Positions 45,135-56,964 of a stretch of DNA of 64,000 nucleotides are shown piece after piece. The DNA is from Naegleria gruberi. Its lineage: Eukaryota. The translations under genes were made by a program, and so were the position numbers. Within the stretch, counting starts at the first letter, position 1, and each line of letters opens with the position of its first letter. Location of the stretch: the NCBI GenBank assembly GCA_000004985.1, contig GG738897.1. One strand, 5' to 3'. Below the pieces are notes generated by a model. That model was not told the origin of the DNA. It saw only the letters and a program-made list of their open reading frames with translations, and made no database searches.

Positions 45135-46913
45135 ATGGTGAAGGATAAATCTCTGAAAAGCTTGAGAGAAGTTGCTTTGGAATATTCGGATGATATTTCA
45201 CCTAATAATTTTAAAGAAAGAATTTGGAGATTAACAATGCCAGTTTCTTTCAGCAAGATTCGACCAGATTTCTCCCAAGTTAATTTACAAAAATTGCCCT
45301 CTCACGATATTCTATTCAATTTATGCTTAAATTATTTGGAAATTTGGGAAATATTTAAACTTGTCAAGAGTTGCAAATTTTGTTATTGGAGTTTGCTTGA
45401 TGATGAAGAATTATTTTGGAGGCAAATTTCAAAACGAGATGGATTTATTGGAATGACTGATGAAACTACAACTGGAGAGGAATGTTCACGGATTTATTGT
45501 AATTTGTGGGCTTCTTGTTTGGAATTTGAAACTTTATCTAATTCTGCATTTGTTGAAAGTTCTTCGTTCAGTACGAAGGCAGTTTCTAATAATCCACAAT
45601 TATTTCTCAATTTCAAAAAGAGAATTAACGGAGATTTCAATCAATATTTGTATATTATGATGAGTGAAGGAAAGAAACGATTTTTTATTCAGAAATATTT
45701 AGTTGCTTTTGGATTTTTGAGACTTAACAGAGGTGAAGAGATGAAACTTTCATTCCAAAAGACTTTAACGAAACTGTTTCAAATTCTTTGTTGGAAGGAG
45801 GATGGAGCCACATTTGAGGTTGGGCTTGATTACGAGAAAACCATTGTGTGTAATCTTGTTGGATTGGCCTTTGAGACAAGATTTAAATATTTGGAGGAGG
45901 AATTCAAGAATGAAGTGGAAATTTTCTTTATCAAACATGCAGCCTTTAGGGTCTCATGTCCTAAAATCATTACTGTTGAATCTTTTTATGACAGAGCTAT
46001 CAAAATTATGGAAAGAAAATGTAGGGAGAATTATAATTGGAATAGTTGTTATGACTTGTTGGTTGAATTATTGAAAAATCCAAAATCCAAACTGAAAAGA
46101 TCAAATGATTACATTCTGATTGTAAGGTGTTTCATGTCTTGCACTATTAGGAGAGAGTATTCCATTAAATTGGTTGTGAATCTATTGAAAAATGATAACC
46201 TATTCGACCACTTACCAATCTATGAATTGGTTTGCAAAGGTTTGAAGTGGTTTGATCCAGTTATTTTTGACAAGTTGACACACGAAAAATTCTACTCACT
46301 TGGTTGTAAAGAATACTACATTGAAATATTGACCGATTACATTACTACTTGTGAGCCACTTGATTTGAGTATACGCCAAAGAGCTCTGGAACGTATATTA
46401 TTCATTTTCAATGATCCAACAGTTCAACTACTTGAACCAATACCCTACAAGTTACTAAAATCAATTGAACAGAGCTCATCTCGTTTGAATTTTGAAACAA
46501 AAGAGTTAGAGGATTGTTTTTTTAATAGTTGGAGGAAAATTAAACTTGTCCCAGAGTTACAAATGGCCAAGGATTTATATGGAAAAAACCACAAGAGAAT
46601 GGTGGATCAATTGTTCGAGTTGAAATTGAATCCAACAACTGATCCATCACTTGTGGGCGAAATGTTTGAAATACTCACAACCCATGGACAGACACTTGGT
46701 GAAACAGAGATGGAATCTCAATTATTTCATTGGAAGTTTACTGAATTTTTTGTTGATTATTGTTTACATGGAGAGTTCAAAGATACTTACAATATTCAAT
46801 TAGCTTACAGATACCTCTCTATGAAATATCCTACTGGAGTAACAGCAATGTTGGAGGCCATGCAACACGCTGAGAAGAAGAGTCAAACAAGGTCTCATAC
46901 TCTCAAAAAGTAA
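45135..46913 (+). CDS. F-box domain protein
   Basis: N-terminal F-box pattern LPSHDILFNLCLNYLEIWEIFKLVKSCKFCYWSLLDDEELFWRQI, in a 592-aa ORF. Confidence 0.5.
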   Translation: MVKDKSLKSLREVALEYSDDISPNNFKERIWRLTMPVSFSKIRPDFSQVNLQKLPSHDILFNLCLNYLEIWEIFKLVKSCKFCYWSLLDDEELFWRQISKRDGFIGMTDETTTGEECSRIYCNLWASCLEFETLSNSAFVESSSFSTKAVSNNPQLFLNFKKRINGDFNQYLYIMMSEGKKRFFIQKYLVAFGFLRLNRGEEMKLSFQKTLTKLFQILCWKEDGATFEVGLDYEKTIVCNLVGLAFETRFKYLEEEFKNEVEIFFIKHAAFRVSCPKIITVESFYDRAIKIMERKCRENYNWNSCYDLLVELLKNPKSKLKRSNDYILIVRCFMSCTIRREYSIKLVVNLLKNDNLFDHLPIYELVCKGLKWFDPVIFDKLTHEKFYSLGCKEYYIEILTDYITTCEPLDLSIRQRALERILFIFNDPTVQLLEPIPYKLLKSIEQSSSRLNFETKELEDCFFNSWRKIKLVPELQMAKDLYGKNHKRMVDQLFELKLNPTTDPSLVGEMFEILTTHGQTLGETEMESQLFHWKFTEFFVDYCLHGEFKDTYNIQLAYRYLSMKYPTGVTAMLEAMQHAEKKSQTRSHTLKK

Positions 46914-47018
46914 ATATCTTTTGTAATGGATCTATATCTGGTTGAGTAATACATTTTGTAATGGTGGCCCAAAACAGGAACGAAAATACTAAACACTATT
47001 AATACAAAATACAAAAAA

Positions 47019-47684
47019 ATGGCGCCTCTAAATCTCTCCATTCTCATTACAGTGCTCTGTGAAGTTCTTTTCATATCGAGTTGTCTCTTCGCCATTCAAA
47101 AAACATTGCAATACAAACCAAAGAATTTTCATGCATTTATCATTCTATTCGGATCATTGGCAAGTGCTTCCGTGTTGGGTATTGTCAAGTTTGCTCATCT
47201 AAATGATCATTTGGCTTCTTATCATCAAGGAATGAGTGAAATTGTTGGGCATTATATCATGTCCATGATGTTGCCTCTTGGAGTTTTTCAATCATTGGAC
47301 TGTTTTCCAATTAGCATTTCAAGACAAGTTGGAAATTACATTATGGGAATAATGTTGGGTCTGATTGCCTTGTTGAGTTTGAATAGAGGATTCCTATTGG
47401 TCAACTTTGGAATTAAAGATGAAATTATTGTAATGGTTGGCATGTCCATTAGTATTCTCCTAGCCCTTTATGGATGGTTCGTATCCAACAGATCTACTGC
47501 CATTTACAAGAGTAAGAATTTAATCTATTGCATTGTTGCCATGTCTATTGCAGATATGATTCTAACCAAACACTTGTTAGATTCAGTGAATTTCACTCCT
47601 TTTACTAATATTGATTTATTTCATATTGCATTCTCCGTAGCTATTTTCTTTCTTTCTAACGTTTCTTCTGGAGTTTCCTTCTAA
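47019..47684 (+). CDS. hypothetical multipass membrane protein
   Basis: 221-aa ORF from ATG with 5-6 hydrophobic helices. Confidence 0.4.
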   Translation: MAPLNLSILITVLCEVLFISSCLFAIQKTLQYKPKNFHAFIILFGSLASASVLGIVKFAHLNDHLASYHQGMSEIVGHYIMSMMLPLGVFQSLDCFPISISRQVGNYIMGIMLGLIALLSLNRGFLLVNFGIKDEIIVMVGMSISILLALYGWFVSNRSTAIYKSKNLIYCIVAMSIADMILTKHLLDSVNFTPFTNIDLFHIAFSVAIFFLSNVSSGVSF

Positions 47685-48238
47685 TTACATCATATCTATA
47701 TAATCAAATTATTAAGGGAAAATCCCAAAAGTCCTCACTGCAATTAATTTAATAAGATATTTAACCTTCCCAAAAAGGCAATACTACTCCTAAGATTTTC
47801 CAAAAATAAAATTTCCCTTTGAGCCTTTGACCCCTCTCCACAACACATCGTTTGCTTATTAAGCACAGGAGAGCAAGTGCTCATTGAATTTTACGGAGAG
47901 GTGTTGTTCAGTTTTTTTGCGCTCTAACCGTAGTTGAAAAGTTTATTATTATTGTTGCTTGACAACATGTTCTTCACCTAGTTGTGCGTAACAGACCATC
48001 AAGCAACATCAAAAAAAAGAGAAAAACAAGTTGTTTATTGTTCAGCTGCTCTCTTTCATAGGATTTCTTAAGAGTAAAAAAAAAGTTTACGACCTAACAA
48101 GTGCTCACTTGTTGTTTTTGCTTAGTGCCATCATTCCTTATTAAATATTGCGAGTAGTAGTGGTTTTTTTACTGCTGAAAGGTTTAATGATCATCATTGA
48201 GGAAATATTATAGAACAATATTATTCAAATTATTCGGA

Positions 48239-50318
48239 ATGCCTAACCTTCAAAATCCTCAATTACCTGACTTTTTAGAACCATTGTGGGTTCCTGCTCT
48301 CTTCAAAATTGAAGCAAAGGATGATTTGTGGGGAATCTTAAAGACTGAAGACGAATCGATTGATGAATCATCTCGTGCCCTTGATTCGACCACACCTCAC
48401 AGTGATGATTCGCTGTTCAATGTAAAGAGAGGAAAGAAGAAGCAATACACTCTTAATGAGCTGAGAGATAGATCTCATCAGAGTATGATATTGGTAAGTT
48501 CGGAGAGTAGATAATAATTCTTAACATTTATACTCTTAGAATAATTTTGGTGATGCTCTCTCGTTCTTTGAAAAGTATCTCATCAAGAAGGCCTCGTTGA
48601 AACAAACATCTCAAGAAGAATCTACTCGAGACCAAACATCATCAAGCTCGGAGGCAATCAATGGCCTCACATTCAATGGTCTTACTCTCAAAATTTATGT
48701 AATTATTGGTTGCAACCTTGCCTTTGAATATACAAATAAGGGAAATATTTCAACAGCTGTGGATGTTCTCCTGAACACATTCGATATTGTAAATGAAAAC
48801 TTGAAGAAAATTGTAAAGAGATCAAAAATACAGAGCGCCTCTAGAGCCTCCTCCTCTAATAGTACTTCCAGAGCAACATCTGCAACTGGATCTAGGTCTA
48901 AAAAGCTAAAAGAAGAAAAGGAACAGCTAAATTTTATGAAGGCAGTTTTGGCTTTCAACATTTCGAGTCTCATGATGAGGAGAAAAAAGTATAATTCATC
49001 TCTTAATTTTGCAAAAATTGCATTGAAGAAGTTTTCACATTATGGAAATTCCGAATATTCCTCCTTCTTCTACTTGAATGTAGCTACTGTATTGTGTCTG
49101 ATGAAGAATTATGCAGATGCTCAAGTAGTCCTTGTTGATTGCCTCATCATCATTCGGTATCTCAAATATCACAAAGGCAAGGAATTCATGACTGGTTCGG
49201 GACACTTTAAGCTGTCTCTTATTTGGACAGGTTCTCAAACACCTCAAGATTTATCAAAGAGTGTCGAGGAAGAATTGGTTCAACCAAAAGTGCAAGACGT
49301 CTACATTGATAATTGGACATTTATCATGAAAATAGTAGCCTATCACAACTTTTCTCTCTGTAAAGCACATTTCCAATCCTATACAAAGGCAGTGAAACTT
49401 TGTACCAAGGCCCTTGATATTGCAAAACCAATATTCAGTGTTTTGGAAAATAATGTAATTCCATCTCTGGCAAAAACCCTTAAATACGCAAAGAGAATGG
49501 GAGAGACAGCATCTGCATATGCAGGTAATATTCTCCTGAGGCCTTCTTTGGAACCAGAACAAATTTTGCAACAGCTCACAACAGTTGTGGAGGTGAAGAA
49601 AAAGCTAGTGGAACTTTTACCATTCCTTAGTAAAATGGAAGGATTTAAAGATCTCAATATTCTAACTGAAGAAGATGAAGATGAGTTCTTGAGAAAGACC
49701 ACTCAAAGCAGTCAATCAACCAGATCAGCTGCTGAGAGCACAGTTTCAGACACTGACAAGTTTTTACTCAAATCTTCACTGAAAAACACAATTATTGCTG
49801 CAAGAAATGAAACAGGAATATCATCTTCAGTTAAGAAGAAGACTCCCACAAAGAGTGGTACTGCCTCCAGAGTTGTTTTGCCACCAGTAAAGAAGAGACA
49901 AATTCAAACATCAAATACAGTGGGAAATATGTCACTCAACAATACTAGTAATAATGTAAATACAGATACACCTCCTCAACAGAAGGTTAAACCAAAATCT
50001 GCTCCAAAACCAAAGAAGGTACCTTCAGCAAAGAAAACCAAAAAGGCAGAGGAAATTGTTGCGGAGGTTGTCACCACATTGACAGAAAAAAAGGACGAGG
50101 AAAAGAAACTCATGGAAGAGAAACTTGAAATTGATCCACATGTTGTCCAAGCTGTTATTAAGGTTCAACAATTTTTCAGAAAGGTACTCGCCAGAAAGAG
50201 AGCAGCATCTGTTAAATCACAAAAGGAACAACAGTTACGGGACTTCCTTGCTGAGGAGAGAAAATGGTTCGAGCAAAATATGGATCAATTTGATACTCTT
50301 CTGAAAGAGGAAGAATAA
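48239..50318 (+). CDS. hypothetical K/S-rich protein with C-terminal IQ calmodulin-binding motif (2 exons: 48239..48493, 48540..50318)
   Basis: The 46-nt intron GTAAGT...ctcttag joins two track ORFs that are offset by one frame. IQ motif VQAVIKVQQFFRKVLARKRAA near the C-terminus. Confidence 0.5.
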
Positions 50319-50354
50319 ACCAATAATTTCAACACTCAGCTGTACTTCTCCCTA

Positions 50355-51710
50355 TCAATAATCTTTTACAGTTGCCGAATCAATAACCAATGAGTGGTGG
50401 TCTTGTAAATTGGATCTAGCTAGTTTAGGAGCCATTAGCTTCAAGCTTTCCAATAGTGATTGTATCTTCTCTGTAGAAAAAAAGAAGTTTCCAATTTCCA
50501 AATGATAAAGGTTTGATAACATTCCACCACCAAACTTGAAATCATCGACTTGTCTGTATCTACTAATCCTTCGTTCCGCTCTAAAATACTCAATCTGAGT
50601 AAATTCACCTATTCTCGAGTAGAAATCTCCAGATATATGATGACAAACACCAAGGTCCAAATGTTTTAATTTAGGAAGAGCCTTCAAGAATCCATACAAT
50701 CCTTCATCATTAATAGAAACTCCAATAAATCCATATTGTTGATCAATTCTAATAGAAATTTTTTCAAGATTAGGACACATTCTAGTTATGTGCATCAATA
50801 TATTTGTATCACAATAGTTATGAAAAACTATTTCCAGATCCACCAAATTAGGTGTCACCTTGAGAATATCAATAACATGTTTTTGAGATGTTTCATAATC
50901 CAACAAGCAGTTAGATACAATTCTCAATTTTTTCAACGAGGTCAGTAGTGGACACTCATAGACATCTTCATAGTTGTCATCTGAAGCAGATAGACCAAAT
51001 AAAACCTCCAAATTCTCCACCAAATAACAAAATCTCAACACATAATACATGTCACTGAAAAAGCGCTCGAAATTCAATTTTAAATTCTTCATAAAGAAAC
51101 CAAGTGGAATTGTTATAATTTCAGTTTCCTTAACTATTCGTTTCTCCCCAATTGTTGACTCAAATTCATTTGCATTGCTAAATGTATCAAATCCAACAGC
51201 TGGTTGCAACACAACTAATGGAATTTTTCTTTTTTCATAAATGGAATCAACATTTCTAACCTCTATTTCGAAATACATCTTTTCCTCAGCAGAACTAAAG
51301 AAATTAAATTCCAATTTTTCAGAAAGAAGATTTAAATTTCCTCTATATTGTTCGGCTATTTTAGTGAATAATCCAAAATTAAATCCATCATGTTCAATAA
51401 CCACAGATTTGCAAATTCTCAATATTGTTGCAATTAACCAATGTTCATGTTGATTTTTTGCATATTCAACAGCCATCGGATACATGATCGAAATCCAATC
51501 ACGAATGATTGAATAATTTCTCTGGCACGTGATTGAATAATTTATCAATCCACCAAACGTCAGAAATTTAAACATGTAATTTAATTCATCACTCGCCAAT
51601 CGATCGAGAATTATCTCGGAATGATCATTTGAAATTTTTGTTTTTTTAGCCTTTTCCATATTTTCCAATGAAAAATCGGAGAGAGTTTCATTATGTGAAC
51701 GTTTAGACAT
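50355..51710 (-). CDS. F-box-like / leucine-rich repeat protein
   Basis: 451-aa ORF from ATG. F-box-like LDRLASDELNYMFKFLTF...CQRNYSIIRDWI. LRR-like LKHLDLGVCHHISGDF. Confidence 0.45.
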   Translation of the reverse strand: MSKRSHNETLSDFSLENMEKAKKTKISNDHSEIILDRLASDELNYMFKFLTFGGLINYSITCQRNYSIIRDWISIMYPMAVEYAKNQHEHWLIATILRICKSVVIEHDGFNFGLFTKIAEQYRGNLNLLSEKLEFNFFSSAEEKMYFEIEVRNVDSIYEKRKIPLVVLQPAVGFDTFSNANEFESTIGEKRIVKETEIITIPLGFFMKNLKLNFERFFSDMYYVLRFCYLVENLEVLFGLSASDDNYEDVYECPLLTSLKKLRIVSNCLLDYETSQKHVIDILKVTPNLVDLEIVFHNYCDTNILMHITRMCPNLEKISIRIDQQYGFIGVSINDEGLYGFLKALPKLKHLDLGVCHHISGDFYSRIGEFTQIEYFRAERRISRYRQVDDFKFGGGMLSNLYHLEIGNFFFSTEKIQSLLESLKLMAPKLARSNLQDHHSLVIDSATVKDY

Positions 51711-51803
51711 TTTTTTTAATTGATTTGTTTACAACGCTGAAATGCAGCAATTAAAGGTATTGAGCTAATGTCATATTTATATAATATCCTTATTTCTAGA
51801 TAA

Positions 51804-51875
51804 CTTACAGAAATCCCGTGTGGTCCAATGGCTAAGATACCTGGCTCTCACCCAGGAGATCCGGGTTCAATTCCC
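51804..51875 (+). tRNA. tRNA-Glu (anticodon CUC)
   Basis: TCCCGTG-TG-GTCC-AATGGCTA-AGAT-A-CCTGG-CTCTCAC-CCAGG-AGAT-CCGGG-TTCAATT-CCCGG-CACGGGA-G. One C-A mismatch in the D stem. Confidence 0.75.
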
Positions 51876-52033
51876 GGCACGGGAGGATTAATTTTAAACT
51901 TTCACGATTTTTCTTTCTATTTTCCAAATAACACTTTTTAATTTCTTTTTAATGATGAACTCTCTATTTTCATACACATTCAAATTTTCAATCTCCAGAA
52001 ATAACATAATCTCATTACAAAAAAAATGAAAAG

Positions 52034-53389
52034 ATGAGAAGGGGAAGAAAAATAATTCACAGCCATTCATCATCTGACGACGAGGACTATGAAGAAAACG
52101 AACCACAACAAAAACACTATTCAGAATCATCATCAGCTTCCGAATATTCATCCTCCGATGATGATGAATCAAACAATTCAAAAAACAAGAGAAAATCAAG
52201 AGTTTCATCATCCCGATCAAAACCTTCCCTATCACTAACTACATCAGCATCATCATCATCAACAAGAAAACAACAACAACAAACAAAGCAATCTAATTCT
52301 TCCTCTTCTACTTCATCATCATCATCAAGAATAATACGTAGAATTTCAAATCATCATGTAAAAAAACATCAAGCTGTTGATTGGGAGGTTTTAAAACAAA
52401 TTCTTGTCAAACGAAGACAAATCTATGATTTAGAATTGAAAAAGGCACAATTGGAGAGGGAAGCTTCTCGGAAGGCCATGTCTCTGGAAGGATCTGTGAA
52501 TAATCAGGATGAAGTTTCACCCTATTTGAAATATCCATCTTCAGTATTGTTGATGCTTTTGCAACATCAGGAATCGGAAGAACAACATTGTGCTGAGGAA
52601 GAGGAAAAGAAAAAGAAGGAAAAACGTAAGAAATCATCATCGAGTAAATCATCAAATAGTGTTGATAAAAGGTCAGCAGAATTTTCATCGTCATCCACAT
52701 TGAATGATGGTGATTCAGAATTGGATTCTACTGCACTTCCATCGGAACCAATCATGTTAACAGAATCAACAATTCCAAAACATTGTGTTCCAATAAGGAC
52801 CGATGTGAGAAATATGAATTGGAAAGCATTGGCAAGAGTGGCTCAATTTGATGTCATCTTAATGGATCCACCTTGGCAATTGGCAACTTCAAATCCATTG
52901 AGAGGTGTTGCAATTAGTTATAAACCACTCTCTGATAAGCACATTCAGAGTATGGACATTTCATCACTGCAGGAAAAGAATGGTGGATTTCTGTTTGTGT
53001 GGGTGATCAATGCCAAGTATGTAAAAACTTTGGAAATGATTGAAAAGTGGGGATATAAATTTGTAGATGAGATTACCTGGGTCAAACAAACGAAACACAG
53101 ACGTCTAGCCAAAGGCCATGGCTATTACTTGCAACATGCTAAGGAAAATTGTATCATTGCCATTAAGAATACCACTCCAGAGAGGGAAAAGGAAATGATG
53201 GAAGCTGCTCGACAGAAAGTGACCAGTCTCTGTGATGTCATTCTCAGTGATAGAAGAGGTCAATCTCAAAAACCTGAAGATTTGTATCATTTTATTGAGC
53301 AAATGGTACCTGATGGAAAGTATTTGGAAATATTTGGAAGAAGAAACAATTTAAGAGATTATTGGGTAACTATTGGCAATGAGTTATAA
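52034..53389 (+). CDS. MT-A70 family N6-adenosine methyltransferase (METTL3/IME4-like catalytic subunit)
   Basis: DPPWQLATSNPLRGVAISYKPLSD...GGFLFVWVINAKYVKTLEMIEKWGYKFVDEITWVKQTKHRRL...GHGYYLQHAKENCIIAIKN aligns with the METTL3 catalytic core, including the DPPW motif. N-terminus is low-complexity S/K-rich. Confidence 0.8.
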   Translation: MRRGRKIIHSHSSSDDEDYEENEPQQKHYSESSSASEYSSSDDDESNNSKNKRKSRVSSSRSKPSLSLTTSASSSSTRKQQQQTKQSNSSSSTSSSSSRIIRRISNHHVKKHQAVDWEVLKQILVKRRQIYDLELKKAQLEREASRKAMSLEGSVNNQDEVSPYLKYPSSVLLMLLQHQESEEQHCAEEEEKKKKEKRKKSSSSKSSNSVDKRSAEFSSSSTLNDGDSELDSTALPSEPIMLTESTIPKHCVPIRTDVRNMNWKALARVAQFDVILMDPPWQLATSNPLRGVAISYKPLSDKHIQSMDISSLQEKNGGFLFVWVINAKYVKTLEMIEKWGYKFVDEITWVKQTKHRRLAKGHGYYLQHAKENCIIAIKNTTPEREKEMMEAARQKVTSLCDVILSDRRGQSQKPEDLYHFIEQMVPDGKYLEIFGRRNNLRDYWVTIGNEL

Positions 53390-53404
53390 ATTATTACACG
53401 ATTA

Positions 53405-54356
53405 TTATTGAACTATCCTAGCAGACTCTTCGTCCTTATTCCTCTCAAAGACATTAGCTAAACGCTTAATTACTGGAATCTTTTTGTAAAAACTGGCAAA
53501 TAATCCACATCCAACACCTATCAAAATAATGACCACACTCACAACAACGAGAATAATAATAAATGTATCATTTGTTGGAACACATGTTGTAAAATCGTAA
53601 ATAGATGGAAATCTAACAGATGGATCAAAAGTTGAGGTTGAACTCACTTCACTCACACTAAATGTCACAACATTTCCATTCACAACGCCAGAAGTCAAAC
53701 CTGGACTTAATGAACTTCCATTTAATCCATTTGTAAAGGTAAAATTACAAGTCAAGTGTTCAATTTTAGCATATTCTTCAAATGATTGTTTTACAATACT
53801 CGTATCAACAGCCTAATGATTCGAATAATTTCAACAAATTATTTCAAAATTGGTAAATAGGATAAATAACTAATTTTAAATAGAAATAGACAACAACACA
53901 TACCTGATCATATTTTCTAACTGGTCCACTCACTAAAAATTGTCTTTTTAACCTAATTTCCAAATACGATTGTTCGGAAGAAAGTTGAATTTTCGGTGTT
54001 AATGCAGAAACAATGATATAAGCACTAGATCCAATTTGCAATGTTGTGGAAGAAATGCTAATCAGGTCCAAATTTAACGAATTCGTCTGATTTTTAATTT
54101 CTAATATTTCTACCGAAACTTGTTGTGTAGAAATTTGATTAGCAATTGTGAAGGGAATGTTTCTTGATAACTGAGTATAGTTTCCAGATGTACCCGAAAA
54201 TACATAAGTTAATTCTTCAGTAATTTTAACTTGACAAGAATTTGATATTTCCATGTTGGATGCCAAGTTTCGAATAACATAATCTGCACGAATAATTGAT
54301 ACCATCATAAAGATGATGAAAAACATAAAAATGTTGGTGCTCCTTGATGATTGCAT
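53405..54356 (-). CDS. hypothetical type I membrane glycoprotein (2 exons: 54356..53904, 53812..53405)
   Basis: Signal peptide MQSSRSTNIFMFFIIFMMVSIIRAD, N-glycosylation sequons, C-terminal TM FIIILVVVSVVIILIGVGCGLF. Intron 53903..53813 (CAG|GTATGT...cattag), in frame. Confidence 0.5.
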
Positions 54357-54643
54357 TGATGGCCTTTCTTATGTTTTTTTATGTTTTCTGTTGCTTTATT
54401 TAACAGAAAACTGCCTTTCGAATAGAATCTTTTCCCATCATTAAAATATATTGAAGGAGACATTACCATTAGCGCGGCCATCCATTTTCAGTAAGCACCC
54501 ATTATTATTATTATTAAATAATATTCGAATCACAATTTAACAATTTAACATTTAAAATCATCATTAACAATTTGTTTGTATTCTATTCAAACAATTTTAT
54601 TATATATCTTTCTAATATACAATTCTTTAAACTTTCTGAAAGC

Positions 54644-55528
54644 TTATTTCTTTTCCCACAATGAAGCTCTATCTTTCATCTTTAGTCTACCTTCTTCCAA
54701 TTTCTTCTTTTCCTCATCTTCTTGTTGTTTCTTCTTTTGTGCCAACAATTGTTCTCCACTTGGATTTTTCAATGCCTTTCTCTTTGCAGCATTAAGTGTC
54801 ATTTCTAATTTGTTCATTTCAGTTTGATCTTGAGATTGCATTTGTGCCAATTCATTCTTTGCTTGTAAACCCTTAACACCAACCAAATCTGATTTTTCTT
54901 CCAAATCTTTTAAACGATTTTCACGAGCACGTTTTTGTGCATAAAATTCAGAAATGGCATTTTCTAATTCTTCGGATAAACCTGCTGGCATTTCGAATAA
55001 TTCTTCCAAGAGAGCATAACCAACTCCTGTGATACCAATGGATTGATTGTCGAGGTAACCAGCTGGTACAGATAATTCAGTGTGTCTCTTGTAATATTCG
55101 GAGAGAATTAAATGTTTGTAGTGGAGTAATAAATATTCAATGAAAGCAATGAGTTTGTTAAAATCCAAGTCAATATCACGAATTTCATCACGTCTTTGGG
55201 TGGCTGTACGTGTTTTACCATTCTTTTGTAAGAAATCGGCAGCTTGGGCTATTTAGCATCACATTACAAATAGTTTAATATATTCGAAAGTGTTAAAAAT
55301 ATTATTAGAAACTAAACACTTACCTTCATCCAATTCATTTTGAGAACCTTCTCTATTAGAATCAGCCAAATACTTTTTAAAAGTTGTGGAAAGTTTAACA
55401 ACTTCTGGCCAATCATCACCCAAAGCAAAGATGAAACTCTTCAAGAAGAATTCACATTGTTCATCGATGGATTTAGCAACGAGATCTTGGAATCTGAGGG
55501 CAAGTTTTGGATCGACTTGGTTTGACAT
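54644..55528 (-). CDS. 34-kDa calcium-regulated actin-bundling protein (ABP34) homolog (2 exons: 55528..55324, 55248..54644)
   Basis: FNKLIAFIEYLLLHYK aligns to Dictyostelium ABP34 DGRVSFLEYLLYQYK. LVGVKGLQAKNELAQM aligns to IPGVKGLGATNMLAQI. The N-terminal CEFFLKSFIFALGDDWPEV region matches too. Intron 55323..55249 (GTAAGT...aaatag) restores the frame. Confidence 0.65.
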
Positions 55529-55867
55529 TTTGTTATTGTGTAAATTTTTTGTGTTGTGTTTAAAAAAATAATTTCAACTTGACAAGAGACTTTTGACGGT
55601 CGATGGTTGTGGGATTGAAATTGATGATTGGTGAGTTGATGAGAGTGACGTGGAAGAAATTGATAGACAAGCGAATGGTCAACTTTACAGAAAAAGAAAG
55701 CATTTGACTTGCCTTTTCAATGAGTATTGTAAACGAAAGATTGTTCGAAAGATCTGTAAAGAAAAAAAGTGATTTTTTGTAAAATTGTTTTATACAACTT
55801 GGTGTCATCAGAAAAGTATTCATTCTTTCATGAATTCTTCTCCTATTCGAAATTAAACTAAACTCAA

Positions 55868-56785
55868 TTAAGGATAAAAATAATTTCGATCCATACTAAC
55901 TTGTTTCAACTCTTTTTTCTCCTCAAATGAATAAATAGTCACAAATCCAGCTCCAGAACAAGGTAGCCAAGATCTCTCCCATCCATAATCTCTGTCATCT
56001 GTCCATCTCGTGTCTGTGGAATTTGTCATGGAATTGAAATACGAAACTACTCCTTCTTCAGATACATTTGTTGGATTTGGACTGGAAACACTGAGAACTA
56101 AATCAGCACCATCTTTAGTTTCGTCTGGTAACTGTTTCATTAGTAACGTTTCGACTAATTTAATCTTTTCACTCTGATTTGGTGAGAGAATCATTAAGCA
56201 AAAGGCGCCAAAAGGTAAATTATGAAAGATTATTTCAGAATTCACATCTACTAGTAGTGATTCTTCGTCTGATTTATCATCATAACTTTGAAAATCTCTA
56301 TAAAATGAATTCACATTTTCCAAATGTCCGTAAAAATTATTTCTAAATTTGGTTAATGAAAATACATTCAATAAAATAACCAATTGAGTCAAATGTTTAG
56401 TGGCATATCTTGTTGGGTCATATCTTTCGAATATACTTCTTTCATGCTCAGATCCACAATTGTTATTCGACAAAATAGGCAATCTTCCAACTTTCAGAAT
56501 TCTTGGAATGGATTTTGACCATGCAACAAATAATTTATAATGAAAACTTGAAAATTCATCACATTTTTCCACTTGAAATGGCAAATCTTCTTCCCATTTG
56601 AAAAATCCCGAATTGAAATATTTTTCGCAACACATTTTCCAATAATTTTCATGTGTTTCAATGACGAGTTGAAAATTCTTGGACACAAGTTGGATATTGA
56701 TGAGAAGAACACACGGGTGCATGAAGGAGGTAATTATTGAAAGTTCATCATTGTTAAATTGGTGGTTGTGTGGGCAAGACGACAT
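55868..56785 (-). CDS. F-box-like hypothetical protein
   Basis: 305-aa ORF from ATG. N-terminal LSIITSFMHPCVLLINIQLVSKNFQLVIETHENYW resembles an F-box. Confidence 0.4.
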   Translation of the reverse strand: MSSCPHNHQFNNDELSIITSFMHPCVLLINIQLVSKNFQLVIETHENYWKMCCEKYFNSGFFKWEEDLPFQVEKCDEFSSFHYKLFVAWSKSIPRILKVGRLPILSNNNCGSEHERSIFERYDPTRYATKHLTQLVILLNVFSLTKFRNNFYGHLENVNSFYRDFQSYDDKSDEESLLVDVNSEIIFHNLPFGAFCLMILSPNQSEKIKLVETLLMKQLPDETKDGADLVLSVSSPNPTNVSEEGVVSYFNSMTNSTDTRWTDDRDYGWERSWLPCSGAGFVTIYSFEEKKELKQVSMDRNYFYP

Positions 56786-56964
56786 GGAGGTATTTTTTTG
56801 AAACTTGATTTTTGAGAATCTTCTTCAGGTTCATGTTTTGTAAATAAAAGTTCATTCCAATGCAAGACATTGGCATTAATGAAGGTGTCAGTCTTAAACA
56901 ACTTTTTGTTATTCGAAACTCAAGCTAAGGTTAACGAATAGTGAACTCGCAATAATTAAAAAAA

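Noticed and set aside
47880-48000. Possible snRNA or spliced-leader RNA in the intergenic region (gcgctctaaccgtagttg...)
   Set aside because: No match to U1, U2, U4, U5 or U6 conserved boxes that I can recall, and no Sm-site or stem-loop pattern was evident.
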